A stretch of DNA of 64,000 bases from the NCBI GenBank assembly GCA_000146465.1, contig CP001948.1. The stretch is one strand, 5' to 3'. Each line of letters begins with the position of its first letter. Within the stretch, counting starts at the first letter, position 1. The notes below the pieces were generated by a model. That model saw only the letters and a list, made by a program, of their open reading frames with translations, was not told where the DNA came from and searched no databases. Below are positions 49,028 to 57,773 of this stretch, piece by piece. Both the position numbers and the translations under genes were made by a program.

Positions 49028-49459
49028 ATGTGGACTCCTGCATCAACAGACATGGTGGCATGGAAAGATGGAAGGGGCGATTGTATCATAAGATGTTTTG
49101 GATGTGGCAATGTTGTCTGTAGAAGGGCAAGACGGGCCATGCTTCTATCCAATGTAAAGATCGAAGTATATTCGGCAAATGTTCCCACAGAATGTGTGAA
49201 GTGTGTAAGAGACGGTTACCTGGCATATTCATGTCAGTGTATTGTTGTTGATGCAGAATGTAGATGTTGCCGAATGATTCTAGGATATCATATTTTACAT
49301 CCATGCAAGTTATGCGAAGAGATTGGAGGCATCAGACATGCATGGATCTTTGATACAAGCTCTGTCATTTCCTCCATCAGAAGGGAAAGATCAGAGGCTT
49401 GCTTGAACGTGTCTGCAGCATGGAATGGGGAAGGAGACAACGAAGTGAAGATAAGATAG
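49028..49459 (+). CDS. Yippee-type zinc-binding protein
   Basis: Paired CxxC motifs: CFGCGNVVC...C...CVKC...CRCCRMILGYHI (Yippee: CxxC...C.C...LGWKY). Confidence 0.55.
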   Translation: MWTPASTDMVAWKDGRGDCIIRCFGCGNVVCRRARRAMLLSNVKIEVYSANVPTECVKCVRDGYLAYSCQCIVVDAECRCCRMILGYHILHPCKLCEEIGGIRHAWIFDTSSVISSIRRERSEACLNVSAAWNGEGDNEVKIR

Positions 49460-49551
49460 TTTGAGAATTAAACAAAACAGCCTAAATGACTTTATTGCTA
49501 TTTCTTTAAAGTAAGCACCAAAACATATGCTGAATGGCAGAAAAATAGAGC

Positions 49552-50562
49552 TCATGACTTATTCAAGAGCCTGATGTACATTTCTATCATTTGCGATATT
49601 ATCAAAACAACATTACTTAATATTATAATAATCAGAACAACCTCGAACTTTTCAATACTGCTCCTATTTGTGTTTTCGTTGAGGATCTCTAGTATTCCGT
49701 TAATCACGTCACACCTCCTGTTCAGCAGGTCTGCCCTTGGCTTGATATCCAAATACCTCTTACATGTTTCATAGAGAGACGAAAATGCAGGGTAGTCCCA
49801 CACAAACTCAGGCTCATCAAGAATATTGGATCCAAGATTTAGATTGAACCTTAGTCTATGCAATTTACCTATCATCTTCAATATCTCCTTCTTGCTTTTG
49901 CTGACCTTTCCCTCCCTCTCGACCTCTTCAGGGAACTCCTTAACTGCATCGATCGTGTTGTCCACAAGATTCTCGAAGTAGTCCAGCTTCACACTCTTGG
50001 CTATTGCAATCGAAATCACCATCTTTGTAAAGTGATTTTCAGAGTTCAAGTATATTACATCGTTGATAATAAATGGATTATCCGTTATACCATATTTGAA
50101 GGACTCAATCTCCACCTCGCTCGGCTCATGTCCGTTTTCCTCATACTTCTCAACAAGCTTGACTATCATCGATTCCTGCATCTCAGACATTCCCCAACAC
50201 ACTACAACACCGTACTCGTAGAAGAAGCAGTCATGTCTTTCTCCACTGCCCTTGAAGTTCATCAGAGTGTACAGACATTCCCCAAAGTACATGGAGACTT
50301 TGTTGCATAGAGAGTTGCTCTTCAAATACTTGTACAGATTCTTGAGGTCGTATCCGTCTGCAGTACAATAGGCTGTTACTCTGAACAGCTTCGTGTCTGG
50401 GACCGTGTTTTCCTCTTTTGGCATCATGTCTGTTTCAATCTTCAGTGCATATGCATCCTTGAGGGCTCGAAGCTCTATCCTGGCCTGCTTCCTGCCTCCA
50501 GCATTTGGTTCTCTACTTATATCAGTCAAGTATACCTTCTGTTTGTTGTAGTCTTCGGCCAT
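49552..50562 (-). CDS. RMD1/Sif2-family (DUF155) protein with a C-terminal TM segment
   Basis: DCFFYEYGVVVCWGMSEMQE resembles the DUF155 core; the C-terminal anchor is VVLIIIILSNVVLIISQMI. Confidence 0.45.
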   Translation of the reverse strand: MAEDYNKQKVYLTDISREPNAGGRKQARIELRALKDAYALKIETDMMPKEENTVPDTKLFRVTAYCTADGYDLKNLYKYLKSNSLCNKVSMYFGECLYTLMNFKGSGERHDCFFYEYGVVVCWGMSEMQESMIVKLVEKYEENGHEPSEVEIESFKYGITDNPFIINDVIYLNSENHFTKMVISIAIAKSVKLDYFENLVDNTIDAVKEFPEEVEREGKVSKSKKEILKMIGKLHRLRFNLNLGSNILDEPEFVWDYPAFSSLYETCKRYLDIKPRADLLNRRCDVINGILEILNENTNRSSIEKFEVVLIIIILSNVVLIISQMIEMYIRLLNKS

Positions 50563-50636
50563 AAATGCTCAGGGATAAAATTTTGGGGTTAGAAATCGGT
50601 CTCCTTACTTCAAAAGGAGAAGAGACATAAACGGAT

Positions 50637-51482
50637 TTATTGATTGGAAAAATATTCACTCACCTCCTTCTTGAACTCAGGGGACCTCTTCCGGTTTCCC
50701 TGGGGCCTTGTAAAGTACTTGAAGAGCTCACTTCGCTTAAAAATCTTTTCGTCCTCAAACATCCTCAGATACTCCTGGATCTTTTTCTTCTCCTTTCCAT
50801 TCTCAACAATCTCCTCGGCAGAGCTTAAGAGAGCTTTCGTTGAAATCAGATTCCCTATGCCCTTGCATTTCCTAAGGCCACCATCAAACATTAGAACTTC
50901 TTTTCCGATACTTTCGTCGGAAAGTCCATGGCTTCGAAGTAGATTTACAATATCTTCCGATTTGTCCTCTCCAGACTCCATCAACCTTTTCATCTCGTCC
51001 TGGTACTTATCATCTTCTTCATCTCCAGGATTAAAATAGGCATCATCCCGTTCCAAGGAATTCCTCTCTACATCCTTGAGAATCATTCCATTTAGTTTGG
51101 AGCTTTTGACATCGGATATCTTTCCGCAAGCCAGGCATTCTAGAGATAACCCGCCATTGTTGATATAGAATGTCTCTGGGTTGTTGCAAAATGGACACAT
51201 AACATATGCATCGATGAAGTCATATATCAGGTCTTGAATCCTCGAGGATTCATATCTCCCGTTCACAGCATACCGTCCCTTTCCAATGTCTGTCCTAGTA
51301 GCCAGTTCATAACTCATAAACTTTAGAATGTACAAAGGCGGCCTCTTCAGAGAGGAGCTGATATCCTCCAGATTCACAATCACTGTTCTTGTGTTTCCAG
51401 CCTTTCCTTCCTGCTTTACAACTGCTCTAGGCATCTTGTACCTATAGTAAAAGTCATTATTTGTTCTATTTATGTCGATCAT
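50637..51482 (-). CDS. TIF5: Translation initiation factor eIF5; start trimmed to the ATG at 51482, since the track ORF to 51740 is a TTG-initiated extension
   Basis: NDFYYRYKMPRAVVKQEGKAGNTRTVIVNLEDISSSLKRPPLYILKFMSYELA...CPFCNNPET...CLACG matches the eIF5 N-terminal domain almost block for block; a C-terminal W2-like domain follows. Confidence 0.9.
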   Translation of the reverse strand: MIDINRTNNDFYYRYKMPRAVVKQEGKAGNTRTVIVNLEDISSSLKRPPLYILKFMSYELATRTDIGKGRYAVNGRYESSRIQDLIYDFIDAYVMCPFCNNPETFYINNGGLSLECLACGKISDVKSSKLNGMILKDVERNSLERDDAYFNPGDEEDDKYQDEMKRLMESGEDKSEDIVNLLRSHGLSDESIGKEVLMFDGGLRKCKGIGNLISTKALLSSAEEIVENGKEKKKIQEYLRMFEDEKIFKRSELFKYFTRPQGNRKRSPEFKKEVSEYFSNQ

Positions 51483-51560
51483 GCCATAAATGGGAATGTG
51501 TATATTGGGGGATTTACCCATAAACACATGGCTTTGATAAAAAATTGCTAAGGATCCTCC

Positions 51561-53213
51561 ATGGGTAAGAGCAAAAGTACTGGAAGAACAAGGCTGGATA
51601 AGTATTATAATCTTGCAAAGGAAAAGGGCTACAGAGCAAGATCTGCATTCAAACTCCTTCAAATTAATAGGAAGTATGCATTCCTTGAGAAAGCACATGT
51701 GCTCATCGACCTGTGTGCAGCTCCGGGGTCGTGGTGCCAAGTTGCAGCTCAGGAAATGCCTCTAAGAAGGAAGATAGTTGCAGTTGATTTGGAGCCGATA
51801 AAGTTCATGGGGGATGTCGACACGATCACAGCAGACATAACCTCAGATGAGTGCAGGCTTAGACTACGGGAGATACTTGGAACACACAAGGCAGATGTTG
51901 TACTCCACGATGGAGCACCAAATGTGGGAACGTCATGGGAAAATGATGCATTTAATCAGAATCTCCTTGTATTGCATTCAGCCAGGCTCACAGCGGAGTT
52001 TCTAAAGAAGGGCGGTGTATTTGTTACAAAAGTGTTCCGATCCCAGGATTACTTTTCATTGCTGAATATATTGTCGCAGCTTTTTGAGACTGTTGAGACC
52101 TCGAAGCCGCTCAGCTCTAGAAGCCAAAGTGCAGAAATATTTCTTGTGTGCCTTGGGTTTATTGGAGAAGAGGAGGTAGACTACTCGATTCTGGATCCTT
52201 CTGCAGTCTTTACGGAAATGAAGGAGACAGGAGGGTATGAGGATTTCAACTTCCACAAGAAACTGAAGCTTACAGAGTTCCTGAAGGAGGAGAATCCCGA
52301 AATTTTGTCTGAGATGCTTTTAAAGTATTCGGAGATTGTAGTTGATATAGATGAAAAAGACATAGAGAAGATCTTGGAGCCTGAGTTTCTGTATCTGTTT
52401 AAGGATCTCCAATTACTAGGAAAGGGAGAAGTCAGAAAGATTCTAGCCAAGAGGAAGAAGATCATTCGGGCAGTGCGGAAAGGAGATGTTGACATTCCAG
52501 CACTGGACTTCCTTGGAAGAAATGAAGAAGAGGAGATTGAGATGAAAGAAAAGAGTGTTGAGGAGAAGATAGAGGAGATAGAGATGCTTCTTGAAAAGAA
52601 AAAAAAACAGTCCCGCCGTGAAGAGTGCAAGACAAAGAATGAACAACCAGCCGAGTGTTTTTTTAAGGACTCAGTGTTTGATAAGCTGAATATTATAAGT
52701 GATAATGAAGAGGAATTGGAAGAAAGTCCGGAGCAGGATATTGAAGTGAGCAGTTGTTCGGACAGTCTAGATCTCGATGAAGAAGAGCTTATGTGTATTG
52801 CAAAACTTAAGGAGGATCCCGAGGGGTTTGTGGAGGATACCATTGACAGATACATCCGTGATCCCAATGAAAAGCTTCCAAACTATCTTCGTGAGGACCA
52901 AGAAGCCTTTTTTTCAAGGCCTTCAAAAGCCGAGGAAAGAAGGCTCACAAAAAAGGAAAAAGAGGCACTTAGCAGACGTAAGACAAGGGCTGAGAGGAGA
53001 GCTGAAATGTTTATGAAAGATCTGGTAATAGATGATTCTGAAGAAGAGGGCAAGGTAGCAAAGAAGATTTATAAGTCATCCTTTAAGAAGACAAAGACTA
53101 AGCCGAGAGTTGTGTTCCCTAAGAAGGGAAGATGTGGAGTCCCGCGAGGGAAGGGGAGAGTTGTGATGCTGGATAGAAGGCTAAAGAAGGACAAAAGAAA
53201 AGGAAAGGCCTGA
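51561..53213 (+). CDS. SPB1: AdoMet-dependent rRNA 2'-O-methyltransferase Spb1/FtsJ3
   Basis: MGKSKSTGRTRLDKYYNLAKEKGYRARSAFKLLQINRKYAFL...DLCAAPGSWCQVAA...HDGAPNVGTSWENDAF...TKVFRSQDY...SAEIFLVC matches Spb1 nearly block for block; the C-terminus is K/E-rich. Confidence 0.97.
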   Translation: MGKSKSTGRTRLDKYYNLAKEKGYRARSAFKLLQINRKYAFLEKAHVLIDLCAAPGSWCQVAAQEMPLRRKIVAVDLEPIKFMGDVDTITADITSDECRLRLREILGTHKADVVLHDGAPNVGTSWENDAFNQNLLVLHSARLTAEFLKKGGVFVTKVFRSQDYFSLLNILSQLFETVETSKPLSSRSQSAEIFLVCLGFIGEEEVDYSILDPSAVFTEMKETGGYEDFNFHKKLKLTEFLKEENPEILSEMLLKYSEIVVDIDEKDIEKILEPEFLYLFKDLQLLGKGEVRKILAKRKKIIRAVRKGDVDIPALDFLGRNEEEEIEMKEKSVEEKIEEIEMLLEKKKKQSRREECKTKNEQPAECFFKDSVFDKLNIISDNEEELEESPEQDIEVSSCSDSLDLDEEELMCIAKLKEDPEGFVEDTIDRYIRDPNEKLPNYLREDQEAFFSRPSKAEERRLTKKEKEALSRRKTRAERRAEMFMKDLVIDDSEEEGKVAKKIYKSSFKKTKTKPRVVFPKKGRCGVPRGKGRVVMLDRRLKKDKRKGKA

Positions 53214-53310
53214 TGCTATAGCCCGTCCTGAGTAATAGAGCATATCATTAAAAGGATTTACTTATTTATGGAATTTAAAGACACCAAAAGATCAAGTTTA
53301 TTTCAGATTT

Positions 53311-53775
53311 TCATTCATTGCCTATGCTCGATGATATAGCCATTGCACACACAAGCCCGAGAAGGCCAACAACCTCTCCAAAGATTAGTATTAAGAAGAA
53401 GATACTGTTGAACTTCTTTTGTTGGGACCTTGTGACACATGCAACCTTTGCAGAGTAGCCTATGGAATATCCAGCAACACCTGAGGATACGCCATTAACC
53501 ACACATGCACTCAGGACCAAAAGGCCATCCTTGAGAGATTCAATCTTCTTGTCATAAACCATGAAGTATAGAATCACAGAGTACATTGTTGGAGCTGTAA
53601 TGAAGATGATTGGAACAAGGGAGTAGGTGGTATTAACAACATTTTCAGCAGCCTTACAGATGCCCTCCGAGCCTGCTATGAATCCCAGGCCTCCGCCTAT
53701 GGCAGAAAGAGAAATCATCAGTCCTGGGCCTAGCTTTGAAATGATTAAACTTAGTGTCTTCTCGTCTAACTCCAT
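53311..53775 (-). CDS. VMA3: V-type ATPase proteolipid subunit c (16 kDa)
   Basis: Four TM helices; GAA/G-rich helices; LILIFGEVVGLLGLV with the conserved proton-binding Glu (compare LILIFAEALGLYGLI). Confidence 0.75.
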   Translation of the reverse strand: MELDEKTLSLIISKLGPGLMISLSAIGGGLGFIAGSEGICKAAENVVNTTYSLVPIIFITAPTMYSVILYFMVYDKKIESLKDGLLVLSACVVNGVSSGVAGYSIGYSAKVACVTRSQQKKFNSIFFLILIFGEVVGLLGLVCAMAISSSIGNE

Positions 53776-53875
53776 GTATACCCTTGTTTTATTTTGATAA
53801 ATATTTTAGAAAACAAAGTTTCCAAATCGAAACAACCTGTACTTACCAGATTGGCCAATACAAAATGGGAGGCGT

Positions 53876-54367
53876 ATGGAATGTCCCATGGGGAAGAGCG
53901 ACTTTCTCGCAAAGTTTGAAGAGATGAAGGATGGGACGTTTACGCCTAAGGACCAGTCCCAGAATTGGTGCCGGCATTTTGGAGTGAAGAAGGACAAGAG
54001 GCTGCACCTGTACCCCGAAGAGATGCTGTACTTGTACGACAGAAATCCTAAAGAAGAATACTCGGTGAGAACAAAGGCATACTTCTTTATCAGAAACAAC
54101 TGCTACAACCTTCTTCTCGGAGAGGACGGTAGATTTCTTCTGTACAGGAGGCATAAGAACTTCAATAGAAAGAAGGATAAGCCGATCTGCTTGATGAGAT
54201 ATGTACACAGGGATGAGTGGATGGAAGATTCAACCAAAGACATTGTCGATGAGTCTTTCTGTGTGCTATCTGATGATGTGTTTACCTTTCTGAGGATCCG
54301 AAAAGTCTTAAAGCTTGGGATGGACACTCCTGAAAATTTGAGGAAATGGGATGGAGAACCCTTTTGA
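53876..54367 (+). CDS. Hypothetical protein, possibly a tRNA-splicing endonuclease accessory subunit (Sen54/Sen15-like)
   Basis: LHLYPEEMLYLYDRN resembles the Sen54 A-box (LSPEEALFLLERG). Confidence 0.3.
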   Translation: MECPMGKSDFLAKFEEMKDGTFTPKDQSQNWCRHFGVKKDKRLHLYPEEMLYLYDRNPKEEYSVRTKAYFFIRNNCYNLLLGEDGRFLLYRRHKNFNRKKDKPICLMRYVHRDEWMEDSTKDIVDESFCVLSDDVFTFLRIRKVLKLGMDTPENLRKWDGEPF

Positions 54368-54406
54368 ACCCCTCATCTTTTTCCCAAGACTTCTCAAGCC
54401 CTTGAA

Positions 54407-55165
54407 ATGAGTAGGAACGGACAAGGAGACCAAGGACAACTGACAAAAACAATAATAGCCGTTGGATTCAATGACCAGAAACATCAGGAAGAAGTAAGAG
54501 GCAGGGTTGAAAAGCATTTTGATGTAAGAGAAAGCTACAAAATCCAAAACGACCATAGAGTGCTTTGCATACTCTTTTACGACGAGAGGAGGGCAAGAGA
54601 AGCGATTTCTTTCCTCAAGGAAGAGGGTATTTCATCCTACCACATAATAAGCAAGTATGAGATTCCCAGGGATATGGACAAATGCGATGAATCCCGAAAC
54701 CAAAGCACACTGCTATTTACTTTCAAGAACTTAGCGGGCTCTGTTGACGACAAAGAGTTTGGAGAGCAGGTTGGGCGATTTGGAGAAGTGAAGGACATTC
54801 GATACGTTAAGACACATCAAAGATGTGTGGAGTTCTATGACTCAAGAAGTGCAGTTGCAGCTTTCCATGGAATGAACGAGCTGAAGTTTATGGATGGAAT
54901 GATGCAGGCAAAGTGGGTGTGGGATCTCTCCACAAAGACGAGATGGGAGCTTATAAGGTTAACAGACAGTATTTTGAAGGAATGTAAGTTGGAGATAAAG
55001 ACGCCTACAAAGAGAGAGAGTGAGGAGAGCAAGGAAGAAATAAAGAGAAAGAAAAAAGTACAGGACAGCGACACGGCACACCCTAGAAATATATTCTTGA
55101 AAAGGTTTGATTCCTTCATTGCTTTGAATATTGACCATATAACCGAGGGATATGTCAATGACTGA
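54407..55165 (+). CDS. RRM-type RNA-binding protein (two RRM-like modules)
   Basis: LLFTFKNLAGSVDDKEFGEQVGRFGEVKDIRYVKTHQRCVEFYDSRSAVAAF, and an N-terminal module with CILFYDERRAREAISFL. Confidence 0.4.
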   Translation: MSRNGQGDQGQLTKTIIAVGFNDQKHQEEVRGRVEKHFDVRESYKIQNDHRVLCILFYDERRAREAISFLKEEGISSYHIISKYEIPRDMDKCDESRNQSTLLFTFKNLAGSVDDKEFGEQVGRFGEVKDIRYVKTHQRCVEFYDSRSAVAAFHGMNELKFMDGMMQAKWVWDLSTKTRWELIRLTDSILKECKLEIKTPTKRESEESKEEIKRKKKVQDSDTAHPRNIFLKRFDSFIALNIDHITEGYVND

Positions 55166-55271
55166 TTAAGCAGGGAATTTCTGGAGCCTTATTTAAGATG
55201 CAAGCACTACCTGAACATCCACCTTTAAAGAAGCAAGTAAAGAACCAGAAGTAAATGTTTAATATAACTTC

Positions 55272-55667
55272 TTATTTCTTCTTCATCGTTTTGAGGGGTT
55301 TCTTGGGCCTCAGATCCTTACTGTCGCACTTTCTGCACTTCTGTGCAGACTTCCCAGACCTCGCATAACATCTTCGACAGATAAGACAGTCGTTTTTTTC
55401 CTTCATGGCCATGGCACCGTCGTTTTCAGACATGTTTCCCCCTCCTCCAAGAAGTCTGGGATACATTGTAATTGTATCGAGATTCCTTATGCCATAGCTT
55501 GCCACTGTGTTGGAATCCTCCAATATTCTAGAGTTGTGCTGCAGAACTACCATTGAAGAACTAAGTCCACAGGCGTTTCCGGCAAGGCCTTTCAAAGACA
55601 GAATAGGCTCCGATGGATCGGCCTGAACAAACGAAGTCTTTCCACAAAACCTCACTACAATCTTCAT
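55272..55667 (-). CDS. RPL40: Ubiquitin-like / ribosomal protein eL40 fusion with a highly divergent ubiquitin moiety; the track start at 55757 is TTG
   Basis: The UBL [13 protein letters not shown]...[23 protein letters not shown] aligns with ubiquitin MQIFVKTLTGKT...[55 protein letters not shown] is eL40. Confidence 0.7.
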   Translation of the reverse strand: [131 protein letters not shown]

Positions 55668-55749
55668 TCTTAAAGGGCAAAAATTTCCAGAGTAAAATCT
55701 GTGAAGTTCTCCAGACAGCCTGGGGACAATACAAGTAAAGACATTTATT

Positions 55750-56004
55750 CTACTCAAACATTCGATGGCAAATCCAGTACACTCGGCACATGGGGCATAT
55801 TTTCCTCTGCTGGAGCCACAATGCTATGCAATGCGAATGGAAGGTGTGTTTACACTTGCCTATGCATGGCTTGCACTCGATAGGATGCTTACATTTTATG
55901 CACATCTGGTCAAAACTCTGCTGGCATATCCCGCATATATCGCTTTCTATGTCCCATTTCCAATTGTAAACAGGATAGACTTTCTTAATCTTTATTTCGA
56001 CCAT
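55750..56004 (-). CDS. APC11: Anaphase-promoting complex RING-H2 subunit Apc11
   Basis: WKWDIESDICGICQQSF...C..CKHTFHSHCIALWLQQRKICPMCR; the CPMCR ending is Apc11-type (Rbx1 has CPLD). Confidence 0.7.
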   Translation of the reverse strand: MVEIKIKKVYPVYNWKWDIESDICGICQQSFDQMCIKCKHPIECKPCIGKCKHTFHSHCIALWLQQRKICPMCRVYWICHRMFE

Positions 56005-56201
56005 TCTATCGGACAGGTTTTATGATTGTGGGGAGTCACTTTCGCTCGAAGATAAGCCTGTAGAAAATTCCAGACTTACAGAGAGAGCCTCATGCAATGG
56101 AACCAAAAGGCAGTTGAAAAAGACAAGATTGGATCTCTAGATGATAGAATGAAAAATTTGCAAAGAGTCCCAGAAAGAGGGAGAAAAAACGTAGCCCTGA
56201 A

Positions 56202-56753
56202 ATGGGGATAAAGTACAGCTATGAGATACATGATCCTTCGAAGGCTGTGAAGGGTAAGATCGACAATGCAAAGGTAAGCTTCAAGAAGACTAGAGAGACT
56301 TGCTGTACTCTAAGGAAGAGGAAGCTGCTTGACGCAATTCAGTATCTGAAAAACGTGATTAGCAAGACCGAATGTGTACCGTTTAGAAGATACAACCGTG
56401 GATGCGGGCAAACACACCAAGCAAGGAAGTTCAGCATACCTAGAAAAGAGATTGTGAAGGCCAATGGAGAGAAAGTGATTAAAAGGGGACATGTCCAAAC
56501 AAGAGGGAGATGGCCTAAGAAGTCTGCCGAGTTCGTAATTTCACTTCTTGAAAGCGTCAAGGAATCTGCAGAATCCAAGAGTTTGGATGTGGGAAGTTTG
56601 GTGATAACACATATCCAAGTCAGCAAAGCTCCAAAGATCTTTGGAAGGACCTTCCGAGCACATGGAAGAGTAAATCCATTCAATAAGAGCCCATGCCATA
56701 TTCAGGTTGTTGCAGAAGTGTTGGAGAGCAACGATGTTAGCATCGAGGCCTAA
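56202..56753 (+). CDS. RPL17: 60S ribosomal protein L17 (uL22)
   Basis: [43 protein letters not shown]...[44 protein letters not shown] matches L17e throughout. Confidence 0.95.
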   Translation: MGIKYSYEIHDPSKAVKGKIDNAKVSFKKTRETCCTLRKRKLLDAIQYLKNVISKTECVPFRRYNRGCGQTHQARKFSIPRKEIVKANGEKVIKRGHVQTRGRWPKKSAEFVISLLESVKESAESKSLDVGSLVITHIQVSKAPKIFGRTFRAHGRVNPFNKSPCHIQVVAEVLESNDVSIEA

Positions 56754-56813
56754 GCTACCTTACGATTAAAGGTTTTCTTCTTATTTTTTATTCCTTCCTA
56801 AAGGCCCTACTTG

Positions 56814-57677
56814 ATGCTGAACAATAAGGGAAGGATCCATTCTATGAGCGGAGGATTTAATCTAAGAGCACCAAGGGAATATGGATTGTTTGAGGACATT
56901 GATTTTCCTATGTCTTTAGATTCCATGGATGAGCTGGACACTAGAAGTAGCATAGGGGCCATGAATGGAACAGAACTCCGAAAGGATGGCATAGAGAGTT
57001 TGTTTATAAGCAAAAAGAATGACTACAAAGAAGTGAAGGAGGAGGAAAAGTTCAACCCGTACGAAGACAACTCGGGAACAACTGTTTGCTTGAAACAGGA
57101 TGACTTCATTATTGTTGCTGGAGATACAAGACATTCGTCGGACATGGTCATTAACTCTCGAGAAATGTCAAAAATATTTCGGATGGGGAACTTTCTTTTG
57201 ACCGGGACAGGATTTTATGCAGACACCTATGAAGTCTATAGGAAAATGACAGATGAAATACTCCAATACGAAGTCGATGGGCCCATGAGTATTCATAGCT
57301 CGGCAAATTTGCTCTCAAAGATTTTGTACTCAAGAAGGTTTTTCCCATACTACTCGTTCTGTACTCTAAGCGGATTTGAGAAGGGAAAAGCTTACCTTTA
57401 TCAATATGATCCTCTAGGATCTTATGATCTTACAACATGTGTATGCAAGGGAAGTGGAAGAAGCATGATTCAACCTCTGCTGGACTCGTTTATTGACAAA
57501 AAGAATTGGAATAACGCGAGTGATGCACAGATAAGCCAGGAAGACTGTATAAGACTGGTTGTAAAGGCATTCAATTCGGTAGCAGAGAGGGATATAAAGA
57601 CTAAGGACAATCTGGAGATCTATGTTGTAAGAGAACACGAGCTGACTCACCAAATTCTCCCTCTGAGAAGAGATTAA
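56814..57677 (+). CDS. 20S proteasome beta-type subunit (probably non-catalytic) with an N-terminal extension
   Basis: GTTVCLKQDDFIIVAGDTRHS is the beta-subunit core motif; it has GTTV rather than a TTI Thr1 context. The track start at 56811 is TTG. Confidence 0.75.
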   Translation: MLNNKGRIHSMSGGFNLRAPREYGLFEDIDFPMSLDSMDELDTRSSIGAMNGTELRKDGIESLFISKKNDYKEVKEEEKFNPYEDNSGTTVCLKQDDFIIVAGDTRHSSDMVINSREMSKIFRMGNFLLTGTGFYADTYEVYRKMTDEILQYEVDGPMSIHSSANLLSKILYSRRFFPYYSFCTLSGFEKGKAYLYQYDPLGSYDLTTCVCKGSGRSMIQPLLDSFIDKKNWNNASDAQISQEDCIRLVVKAFNSVAERDIKTKDNLEIYVVREHELTHQILPLRRD

Positions 57678-57773
57678 AATCGATGTCTTATGCCTTGATT
57701 TTTTACCTTGTTGGGAGTCCCTTAATTTTTGGACGATTTTTAACCCGGGAAAGATATCCCCAAGCATTTGCAG

